DNA of 30,381 nt, filler included, from an uncultured Methanosarcinales archaeon (GCA_964535955.1; 7 parts of 7 records of this genome joined end to end with filler, not necessarily neighbours in it), one strand, 5' to 3'; shown: positions 1 to 7,476, counted from the whole stretch's first letter. The notes: generated from the sequence alone by a model not told the origin. Numbers and translations: made by a program.

Positions 1-935
1 AACGAGATCTCCACTGTCCCCAACTAGAAGCCACCGAACACTCTTTTCTGGTGCAAAAGCCAGAGATCTCCAGTGGGAAGTGAAGACCCCGTGAAACTTT
101 ACTGTAGCTTATAATTGTAGCATGAATTTTGTTGTGCAGCGTAAGTGGGAGTTGTTATGTTACGGTCGCCAGATCGTGAATAGACATCAATGAAACACCA
201 CTCTTCGAAATTTATGTTGCTTACTTTTCTTTAGAAAAGGACAGTTGTAGGTGGACAGTTTGGCTGGGGTGGCACCCTGCTGAAAAAATATCAGCAGGGC
301 CCAAAGGTTAACTCAATCGGGTCAGAAATCCGATGTAGAGTGCAAGAGCAAAAGTTAGCCTGATTGGAATCTTACTAATATGGATTCCAAAAACGAAAGT
401 TTGGTCTAGCGAACCTCAGTACTTCTTTAATAGGAGTCTGAGATGACTGAAAAGTTACTCCGGGGATAACTGAGTTGTCGCGCCCGAGAGCTCCTAATTT
501 TATTCACTATTATATTTTTTTGAATAAAATGAGCAAATCGACGGCGCGGCTTGCTTCATCGATGTCGGCTCTTCCTAACCTGGACGTGCACAAGCGTCCA
601 AGGGTGGGGGTGTTCACCCATCAAAAGGGATCGTGAGCTGGGTTCAGAACGCTGTGAGGCAGTTTGTTTATTATCTACTGGAGGTGTTTGAAATCTGAAA
701 GAAAGGGAGCCATAGTACGAGAGGAACTGGCTCTCGGCGCCACTGGTCTATCAGTTATCTGGAAAGGTATGCTGAGCAGCTACGCGCTAACGGATAAGTG
801 CTGAATGCATCTAAGCACGAAGCCTATCTTGAAAAGAGATATCATAGAACACTCTTAAAACAGGAGTTTAATGGGACTGAGGTGTAAGTATCAAGCTTCG
901 GCGAGATATTCAGCCTGCAGTTTCCAATTGTTCAT
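1..935 (+). rRNA. rrl: 23S rRNA, 3' portion (domains IV-VI), archaeal type; 5' part lies outside the window, 3' end approximate; interrupted by an intron at 496-536
   Basis: Conserved LSU motifs: GAAGACCCCGTGAAACTTTAC, TTTGGCTGGGGTGGC (P-loop), GGGGATAAC, CATCGATGTCGGCTC, GTGAGCTGGGTTCAGAAC, sarcin-ricin loop AGTACGAGAGGA (714-725), GCTGAATGCATCTAAG. Confidence 0.98.
496..536 (+). other. 41-nt archaeal bulge-helix-bulge (BHB) intron in 23S rRNA helix 89
   Basis: Central 4-bp helix GCTC(490-493)/GAGC(531-534), 3-nt bulges CTA(494-496) and AAA(535-537), inner perfect stem ATTTTATTCA(497-506)/TGAATAAAAT(521-530). Removal restores CCCGAGAGCTCCTATCGACGGCG, colinear with canonical H89. Confidence 0.9.
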
Positions 936-1015
936 ACTTTAAATGTGATCTTGTACTAGCATGGTTTTTTCTCTTTTTTAAAAAATCATCTTTAGAACTA
1001 GACGAGAGTCTATTT

Positions 1016-1510
1016 TTATTTTAAATTAAGAAGTTTAGAAAAAACTCTTTCTAATGAATCATCTTCTGATACTTGTATGAATTCAGAAATGGGGATTGAA
1101 TAACACTTTTTTTGATTAATCTTAGGTTCAAATGTAAAACCAGTTTTTATAATATTAATAATTGGTATCCAAAACCAGGTTCTATAATGATATTTTTCGC
1201 TTGAAATAACATACCATGATTGTAAATTAAAAATCCTTTGTAAATTAACATATTTTTCTACTTCTTCAGCATTAATAAAAAATTTTTCATATTTAACTGC
1301 TGGCTCTTTATCTTTGACATCAACTATTATGAATCCAAAATTAGGAATTAGTACCATAAAATCAGGTCTTTTTGTCATATGATTTTTTAATGCTTTTGAA
1401 AACGTATTAATATCTTGTTGAATATACCAGTAAGGGATATTATGTTTGTCTAACCAATTTTTGAACTTTTCTTCTGCTAGATTTTTATTATTTAGGTCCA
1501 TAATTATCAT
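1016..1510 (-). CDS. PD-(D/E)XK superfamily nuclease-like protein
   Basis: N-terminal AEEKF helix, RPDF, and IVDVK motifs in the expected order and spacing; start may be the Met at 1501. Confidence 0.6.
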   Translation of the reverse strand: MIIMDLNNKNLAEEKFKNWLDKHNIPYWYIQQDINTFSKALKNHMTKRPDFMVLIPNFGFIIVDVKDKEPAVKYEKFFINAEEVEKYVNLQRIFNLQSWYVISSEKYHYRTWFWIPIINIIKTGFTFEPKINQKKCYSIPISEFIQVSEDDSLERVFSKLLNLK

Positions 1511-1595
1511 TAAATCAAATTATTATTTAAATCTTTTCACAAAGTTCAACCTTTTTTACAAACATTTATATTCTCTTCTTGTTATTGACTATTTT

Positions 1596-2297
1596 ATGTT
1601 ACAAAGAGTTCAAAAAATAATTTCAAATGCAGGATATTGTTCTAGACGAAAAGCTGAAGAGTTAATTGAATTAGGTTTGGTTGTAGTAAATAATAAGATC
1701 ATTACAATTGGAGATAAAGCTGATCCTGACAAAGATTCTATTTATGTTGAAGGTGAAAAATTAAAATTTGGAAGGAAAATATATCTTGCTATGAACAAAC
1801 CTGCGCACATATTAACTACTCTTTATGATCCTGGTCAGAAACCAACCATTATGAAATATTTACAAGGTGTTGATGAACGAGTTTTTCCTGTTGGCAGACT
1901 TGATTATGATGCAGAAGGTTTATTATTGTTGACTAATGATGGTGATTTTTCTAATTTAGTTATGCACCCTAGATATGAAACTTTAAAAGTTTATCATGCA
2001 ACATTAAGAGATAAGATTAAGTATGGTGATCTTTCAATACTTGATAGAAAAATTAAATTAAAGGATGGGTTTGTTAAAGTTGATTCTTATAAATTAATAA
2101 AACCTAATGTTGTAGAAATCAAAATTCATGAAGGTAGAAATAAAATTGTGAAAAGAATTTTCAAAAAATTAGGTTTTTATGTGAAATATTTAAAAAGGGT
2201 ACAAATTGGTGTGATAAAATTAGGAAGATTAAAACCCGGCAAGTGGAGAAATTTAACTAATCTTGAAATTGAATCAGTTTTGTCCATTAAAAAATGA
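1596..2297 (+). CDS. rRNA pseudouridine synthase, RsuA/RluB family (S4 domain + catalytic domain)
   Basis: MLQRVQKIISNAGYCSRRKAEELI S4 domain, NKP motif, GRLDYDAEGLLLLTNDG with catalytic Asp, EGRN, LKRVQIG. The ATG at 1596 is preferred over the ORF-track start at 1446. Confidence 0.93.
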   Translation: MLQRVQKIISNAGYCSRRKAEELIELGLVVVNNKIITIGDKADPDKDSIYVEGEKLKFGRKIYLAMNKPAHILTTLYDPGQKPTIMKYLQGVDERVFPVGRLDYDAEGLLLLTNDGDFSNLVMHPRYETLKVYHATLRDKIKYGDLSILDRKIKLKDGFVKVDSYKLIKPNVVEIKIHEGRNKIVKRIFKKLGFYVKYLKRVQIGVIKLGRLKPGKWRNLTNLEIESVLSIKK

Positions 2298-2315
2298 TAA
2301 ATGATACATTAATTC

Positions 2316-3299
2316 TTACCACATTACTTTTGGAAATGAGACTATTTTTAAATTTTCTAGAACCAATGAGAGTGAATAATTTTTTAAATTGTCTTTAAAA
2401 TATGATCTTAATATGTTAAATTGTTCATCAAATTGTTTTGGATTTTCTGCAAGTATATTTATTTTTAAATCATAATTTCCAATTACCCTCTCTGCAAATA
2501 TTACCTTGTCTTGTGTTTTAAGAAATTTTGCAATTTTTCTTCTTTTTTCATTTGAAAATTTATTGATTCTTAGAAAAATAACATATCTTGTATAACCTAA
2601 TTTAGTATGATTAATGATTGCTTTTGCTCCTGATATGATCCCTATTTTTATTAATCTATTGAATCTATTTGAACATGTTTCAGGATTTAGATTTGTTCTT
2701 CTGGCTAATTCTGAAATAGGAAGTTTTGGACTTTTTGATAATGTGTTTAAAATTCTTCTATCTTTATTGTCTATTCTAATTTTCCCATAATATTTTTCAG
2801 GCTTTTTTATTTTATAATTCATTTTTGAAATAATTTCTAAATTTCCATGTTTTAAAGGGACTATGTTTATTAGCACATGGTTTTCTGCAATATTTTCTCC
2901 AAATTCTTCATTAATCTCTTCTATGAAATCAGAGAGTCCGAATTTATTTTTAACAGCAATTGTTAGGATAAGGTCCCAGTCACCACTACACCTATCAAAA
3001 TATTTGATATTTCTATTTTTTTTAATAAAACTACAAATCCTTTCTAATGCCTCATTTGTCACATTTTGAATTTTTATAAGGATAGTATAGGTCTTAAAAT
3101 TAAGTTTTGTATTACTTATTATTAGGTTGTATCCTGAGATAAATTTTTCTTTTTCTAATTTTTTTATTCTATATGCTGCAAGTTCTCTTGAAATATGTGC
3201 TAATTTTGATAACCTTGTTTGAGAAATTCTTGCATTTTGATTTAGTATTTTAAGCAAATCTTTATCCTTTTTATCTAGTTTTTTTATTTTTCTTGGCAT
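2316..3299 (-). CDS. Lrp/AsnC-family transcriptional regulator with two tandem HTH+RAM units
   Basis: LDKKDKDLLKILNQNARIS...RIKKLEKEKFISGY and IDNKDRRILNTLSKSPKLPISELAR...RFNRLIKIGIISG; GDWDL and GNYDL RAM motifs. Confidence 0.9.
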   Translation of the reverse strand: MPRKIKKLDKKDKDLLKILNQNARISQTRLSKLAHISRELAAYRIKKLEKEKFISGYNLIISNTKLNFKTYTILIKIQNVTNEALERICSFIKKNRNIKYFDRCSGDWDLILTIAVKNKFGLSDFIEEINEEFGENIAENHVLINIVPLKHGNLEIISKMNYKIKKPEKYYGKIRIDNKDRRILNTLSKSPKLPISELARRTNLNPETCSNRFNRLIKIGIISGAKAIINHTKLGYTRYVIFLRINKFSNEKRRKIAKFLKTQDKVIFAERVIGNYDLKINILAENPKQFDEQFNILRSYFKDNLKNYSLSLVLENLKIVSFPKVMW

Positions 3300-3364
3300 T
3301 ATTTTACAATAACTCTTACTTATTTATAAATTTTGTGTTAAATGTAAAAAATAGACTCTTAAAT

Positions 3365-3372
3365 TTTATATA
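3365..3372 (+). promoter_or_regulatory. Putative archaeal TATA box for the ncRNA-ligase-Ro60 unit
   Basis: TTTATATA lies about 27 nt upstream of the 5' stem of the first structured RNA (3399). A divergent TTTATAAA (about 3323-3330) precedes the lrp ATG. Confidence 0.55.
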
Positions 3373-3398
3373 ATACCTTTACTATCAATTATTCTATT

Positions 3399-3473
3399 AG
3401 AGGTGAAGAAAAGGTTACTTCGATGAATTCAAATTCATTTGTGAAAGCAATACCCCTTTTCTTATAGTCCTCT
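3399..3473 (+). ncRNA. Y RNA-like structured RNA, copy 1 (divergent)
   Basis: AGAGG(3399-3403)/CCTCT(3469-3473), AAGAAAAGG(3406-3414)/CCTTTTCTT(3455-3463), GTTACTTCG motif, hairpin ATGAAT-TCAA-ATTCAT, GNRA hairpin TTGT-GAAA-GCAA, 3' AGTCC. Confidence 0.7.
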
Positions 3474-3487
3474 TATATTATGTTCAC

Positions 3488-3587
3488 ATAGGGGTGCGGA
3501 AGGAGTTACTTCGGTGCTAAATGGTTCGATTCCATTAACAATGGGGAAACCTGTTGTCAATAAACACTTCTTTCACCAGTCCCCTAT
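3488..3587 (+). ncRNA. Y RNA-like (YrlA-like) structured RNA, copy 2, with tRNA-like T-arm
   Basis: ATAGGGG(3488-3494)/CCCCTAT(3581-3587), GGAAGGAGT(3498-3506)/ACTTCTTTC(3566-3574), GTTACTTCG, T-arm AATGG-TTCGATT-CCATT (3520-3536), GNRA hairpin ACAATGGG-GAAA-CCTGTTGT (3538-3557), U-tract after the stem; lies in the same locus as a Ro60 gene. Confidence 0.8.
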
Positions 3588-3715
3588 TTTTCGTGAAAAT
3601 TACGGTTAAAAACAAAAAATCATTATAAAAAAGAATTAGTATAAAGGATATGTATATATCATAAATATATCATAAATATACAATAAACACACAATATTTA
3701 ACGAGGTGCAAAAAA

Positions 3716-4771
3716 ATGCCATTTTTGAAATATAATAAAATATATAGAATTGATTTAGATGAAGATACAAGAAGTATTTTAGGAGAAAGTGGGTTAATTG
3801 TAACTGAAAAATTAGATGGATGTAACTTATTAATCTGGAAAGATGGTGGTAAGATTCATGTAGGTAAGAGAACTCAAGAATTGCCTATGTCAGTTAATGA
3901 TCATAAGAAAGGTATGTTTAGTGAAGTTGTAAAATGGGTAGAAAATACAAACTGGGATTTTTTACCGGAAGGGGTTATTTTATACGGGGAAGGGTTAAAA
4001 GGAAAAGAGTATGGGAAGGACAAATACAAGACAATAGGTAAGATTCAGTATGAAAGAAAAGAACCATTTGTATTGTTTGATGTGTTTGATTTTGAAAAAG
4101 ACTTTTGGTTTAGTCCTGAAAGTAAAAGATGGAAAAAGATTAGATCAGATTTTAAGAAAGCAAATGGATCTGAATTACCACAAGTACCTGTAATTGATGT
4201 AAGTTTTGAATTACACAGAATTAACGATTTAAATAAGTTGTTAGGCCCATCAGAATGGAGTGAGAATGTAAAGAAAGAAGGGGTTGTTGTTAAAAAGTAT
4301 TATCCTGATGGAAAAGTAGTGATGGTGAAGTTAGTTGATGATGAGTTCAAGGAATTTATCAAAAGAAAAGCAAAGCCTAAAGGAAGTGCATACTATGAAA
4401 TTGTTGGGTCTGTTGTGACCAAAGCAAGAGTTGAAAAAATTATGAGAAAAGAAAATGTAAAAAGTATCAAAGATTTCAGTAAATTAATCAAAGCTGTTGT
4501 TGAAGATGTTTTTGAAGAGGAAGAAAAAGAATTAAAAGAATTGGCGTGGAAAAATTTTAAAAAGAATTTAGGAAAAGTAATGCCACAAATGATCAAGAAA
4601 CACTTTGATGAGATTACAGCAGAAATAATTGAAAGAGAGGAGAAAGAAAAGATGGAAAAGATTGATAAAAAAACAGTTGGAGAAGAAAAAGTCAAAGTTG
4701 AGAATAAAGCAAGTGATAAGAATATAGTTACTAAAGGTGTTGTTCAAAAGGATCAAGTAATCTCAACTTAA
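3716..4771 (+). CDS. ATP-dependent RNA ligase, Rnl2 family
   Basis: Nucleotidyltransferase motifs I (TEKLDGCN), III (LYGE), IIIa (FVLFDV), IV (EGVVVK), V (MVKLVDDEFKE). C-terminal VTKARVEKIMRK...KDFSKLIKAVVEDVFEE resembles the T4 Rnl2 C-domain. RBS GAGGTG at 3703-3708. Confidence 0.88.
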   Translation: MPFLKYNKIYRIDLDEDTRSILGESGLIVTEKLDGCNLLIWKDGGKIHVGKRTQELPMSVNDHKKGMFSEVVKWVENTNWDFLPEGVILYGEGLKGKEYGKDKYKTIGKIQYERKEPFVLFDVFDFEKDFWFSPESKRWKKIRSDFKKANGSELPQVPVIDVSFELHRINDLNKLLGPSEWSENVKKEGVVVKKYYPDGKVVMVKLVDDEFKEFIKRKAKPKGSAYYEIVGSVVTKARVEKIMRKENVKSIKDFSKLIKAVVEDVFEEEEKELKELAWKNFKKNLGKVMPQMIKKHFDEITAEIIEREEKEKMEKIDKKTVGEEKVKVENKASDKNIVTKGVVQKDQVIST

Positions 4772-4779
4772 TCATATTC

Positions 4780-4844
4780 AAGGGGTGCGGAAGGAGTTAC
4801 TTCGGTACATAACCATAAAAACACTTCTTTCATTCAGTCCCCTT
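4780..4844 (+). ncRNA. Y RNA-like structured RNA, copy 3 (minimal, lacks T-arm)
   Basis: 4781-4806 is identical to 3490-3515 (26 nt), 4819-4832 is identical to 3562-3575, CAGTCCCCT is shared. Terminal stem AAGGGG/CCCCTT, TAC-TTCG-GTA hairpin, followed by a T7 tract. Confidence 0.78.
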
Positions 4845-4890
4845 TTTTTAATCCCCAGAGCACAAAGATGTTTGGGGTGGAGGTAAAAAA

Positions 4891-6444
4891 ATGAATAAAA
4901 CAATAAAAAGAATCTTTGAAGGATTCAGAACAAGAAAAATATACAGCAATGCAGACCATTGGAATAAAGAAGGTCAACTAAGTTTTAGTTTAACTGATGA
5001 AGATTTGTTTCTTCAAACACTATTAACAAATACTTGCTCAGATGTCTTTTATGCTGATAAGAATGAACTAATAGAAGATAGTGTAGAGATTCATTCCAAT
5101 ATGTTGATTAAGAATCCTAAGTTCTGTGCTCAAGCAATAGTCTATGCAAGAACTAAAGGGTTTATGAGGCTTCAACCAATACTTGGTTTAGTTTTTTTGT
5201 CTACTTTAAAGGATAAAAGGTATTTTAAATCAGCATTTCAAAGAGTAATTTTAACACCATCTGATTTAGAATCTTTTATTGATCTCTGTAGGAGTGATAT
5301 AATTAGAAAAGGTGTTGGTAGGTCTGTTAAAAAAGAAATAATTAATTATCTTAAAAATAAATTAACAGAATATCATGCAATCAAGTATAAGAATCAATTA
5401 AAAGATGCTATAAGGGTTAGTAGGCCTGCTTCAAAGGTTTTTGAAGGTGTTAAGAAAGACATTGTTGAGTTTATCATGAAAAATAAAGTTACTAGAAAAC
5501 TTGAACAAGTCAATGCAATTAGTGCTCTTAGAGATCTTAATGTTAAGAAAGATGAATCCAAGATAATAAAGCTGATTGAGAAAGGTAGACTGCCATATGA
5601 GTCTATTGTTGGCACAATTAGTCCAAGTCCAAAGATTTGGGAAGCATTACTTTACCAAATGCCTATGTTTGCAACATTAAGAAACCTAAATGTTATGGCA
5701 AGAAATAAGGTTTTTGAATCAAGCAAAGCAATAGACTATGTTTGTGAAAAGTTTAAGCATGTTGAAAAGAGTAGAATCTTGCCTTTTAGATTTCACACAG
5801 CTTTGAACAAGCTAGAATCAGATGTGCCTATGAAGATAAGAGATTGTCTTAGAGATGCACTTGAAAGAAGTTTTGTAAATTTGCCTGAGATCAAAGGCAG
5901 AACATGTATTTCACCTGATGTAAGTGGCAGTATGGGTGGAAGACCAATACAAATTGCAGCTATCTTTAGCGCAGCTTTGCTTAAGAAATGTGATGATAGT
6001 CTTGTTTTGCCTGTTGACACTAAATTGTATGAAAATACATGCAGTAGAAGAGATAGTATGATGACTAATGCAGAAAAAATCATGAAATTTGGTGGTGGTG
6101 GAACAGAACTTGATCTACCTATTGAGTATTTGCTTAAGAAAAAGATTAAGGTTGACAACTATATTTGTATTACTGATAGTGAAGAATGGTATAGTGAGAA
6201 CAGGTATTATGGAAGAACTGGTAGAGGATTTTACAAAGCATTGCTTAATTACAAGAAAAAAGTTAACAGAAATGTTAAGGTCTTTTTTGTGAGACTCCAA
6301 CCTTATGGAGATAGTATGGTTCCAAAACACGAACATGGTTTGTATAATATTGAAGGTTGGTCAAATACTGTGCTTGATTTTATAGCAACTATAATTAACA
6401 TTGATAAAGACCAAAAAGCAGATATTTCAAGAATTGAGGTTTAG
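4891..6444 (+). CDS. rsr: Ro60/Rsr-like TROVE domain protein with C-terminal vWA domain
   Basis: TROVE features (WNKEG, FYA, AIVYARTKGFMR, WEALLYQMPMFATLRNL, SRILPFRF), vWA MIDAS DVSGSM, GGGGTE, ITDSE, GWS. RBS GGAGGT at 4879-4884. Confidence 0.95.
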   Translation: MNKTIKRIFEGFRTRKIYSNADHWNKEGQLSFSLTDEDLFLQTLLTNTCSDVFYADKNELIEDSVEIHSNMLIKNPKFCAQAIVYARTKGFMRLQPILGLVFLSTLKDKRYFKSAFQRVILTPSDLESFIDLCRSDIIRKGVGRSVKKEIINYLKNKLTEYHAIKYKNQLKDAIRVSRPASKVFEGVKKDIVEFIMKNKVTRKLEQVNAISALRDLNVKKDESKIIKLIEKGRLPYESIVGTISPSPKIWEALLYQMPMFATLRNLNVMARNKVFESSKAIDYVCEKFKHVEKSRILPFRFHTALNKLESDVPMKIRDCLRDALERSFVNLPEIKGRTCISPDVSGSMGGRPIQIAAIFSAALLKKCDDSLVLPVDTKLYENTCSRRDSMMTNAEKIMKFGGGGTELDLPIEYLLKKKIKVDNYICITDSEEWYSENRYYGRTGRGFYKALLNYKKKVNRNVKVFFVRLQPYGDSMVPKHEHGLYNIEGWSNTVLDFIATIINIDKDQKADISRIEV

Positions 6445-6453
6445 TTTGGTTTA

Positions 6454-6518
6454 GTGATTGAGTTTTTTATTTGATTTTTTTATTTTTTTATTTTGTTTTG
6501 TTGTTTATTTTCAATCAC
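6454..6518 (+). terminator. Putative T-rich archaeal terminator after rsr
   Basis: Long oligo-T tracts bracketed by the inverted repeat GTGATTGA(6454-6461)/TCAATCAC(6511-6518). Confidence 0.5.
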
Positions 6519-6555
6519 AACAATATTTAAATATCATTTCTCTTGATTTTGTTTT

Positions 6556-7278
6556 ATGTTTGTTCAGATAATATTAGCAATACTTGTAGGTTGTTTTTTT
6601 GGAATCATCACAGGCCTTACTCCTGGAATACATATTAATCTTGTTTCTATTATGCTGATTAATATGTCTGGATATTTTTTAGGATTCACATCACCAATGT
6701 CATTGGCTGTGTTTATTATTGCAATGTCTATTACACACTCTTTTTTAGATACAATTCCTGCTGTTTTTTTAGGAGCTCCTGATCCTGCAGTTGCTTTAGG
6801 TGTATTGCCTGGCCATAAGTTGCTTTTAGAAGGAAGAGGGTATGAAGCTGTAAAATTGACTGTAATTGGCAGTATGTGTTCATTGATTTTAACTTTATTT
6901 CTTATTCCATTATTAGTTCCAGCTGTTCCTTTTCTTTATGAATTTATTTCACCTTATATTGGATACCTGTTATTGTTTGTAATTATTTTTATGATTGTTA
7001 AAGATTTAAAACCAAAAAAAATTATGCTGAATATGTTCATAGTTTTATTATCTGGTGCATTAGGATTGATTGTATTGAATTTTCCCAATCTTTCTCAGCC
7101 ACTTTTTCCAATGTTGTCAGGGTTATTTGGTACAAGTGCTTTGTTAATGTCATTAAGCAACAATGTTACAGTTCCTGAACAAAAGATTACTGAAGAAATA
7201 CATGTGGATAAAGTTAAAACAGGCAAGGCATTAGGCGCTGCAACTTTTTCAGGAATCTTAACTGGATTTCTGCCTGGA
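6556..7278 (+). CDS. Tripartite tricarboxylate transporter TctA-family (DUF112) membrane protein, 3' truncated by contig end
   Basis: GIITGLTPGIHIN, FLDTIPAVFLGAPD, LPGHKLLLEGRGYEA, LFPMLSGLFG, TGFLPG; many hydrophobic segments. Confidence 0.88.
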
Positions 7279-7378
7279 NNNNNNNNNNNNNNNNNNNNNN
7301 NNNNNNNNNNNNNNNNNNNNNNTTAATTAATTAANNNNNNNNNNNNNNNNNNNNNNNNNNNNNNNNNNNNNNNNNNNN
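7279..7378. other. Artificial contig linker
   Basis: N44-TTAATTAATTAA-N44 (stops in all frames); identical at six places. Confidence 0.98.
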
Positions 7379-7433
7379 CGAAACAATTTTTTCACACAAA
7401 ATAAAAACATATGATTCCACCCTTTCACGGGCT
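7379..7433. repeat. 55-nt contig-start sequence, exact reverse complement of 17625-17679
   Basis: Direct base-by-base comparison; both copies are contig termini. Confidence 0.95.
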
Positions 7434-7476
7434 AAGCTCAAAATTTCGCAATTTATAAATCTTTGCTTTTTTGTTA

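Noticed and set aside
1016..1510. Homing endonuclease for the 23S intron
   Set aside because: No LAGLIDADG, HNH or GIY-YIG motif; it lies outside the intron on the opposite strand, and nothing but proximity links them.
1446..1595. 50-aa N-terminal extension of the pseudouridine synthase
   Set aside because: TTG start overlaps the divergent gene and promoter region; the S4 domain begins at ATG 1596.
3505..3580. tRNA gene suggested by GGTTCGATTCC
   Set aside because: Only the T-arm is present; no acceptor stem, D-arm or anticodon arm in cloverleaf order.
3490..4843. Repeats at 3490 and 4781 as a CRISPR array
   Set aside because: Only two near-identical copies about 1.3 kb apart, bipartite and self-pairing, no regular spacers and no cas genes; better explained as structured RNAs.
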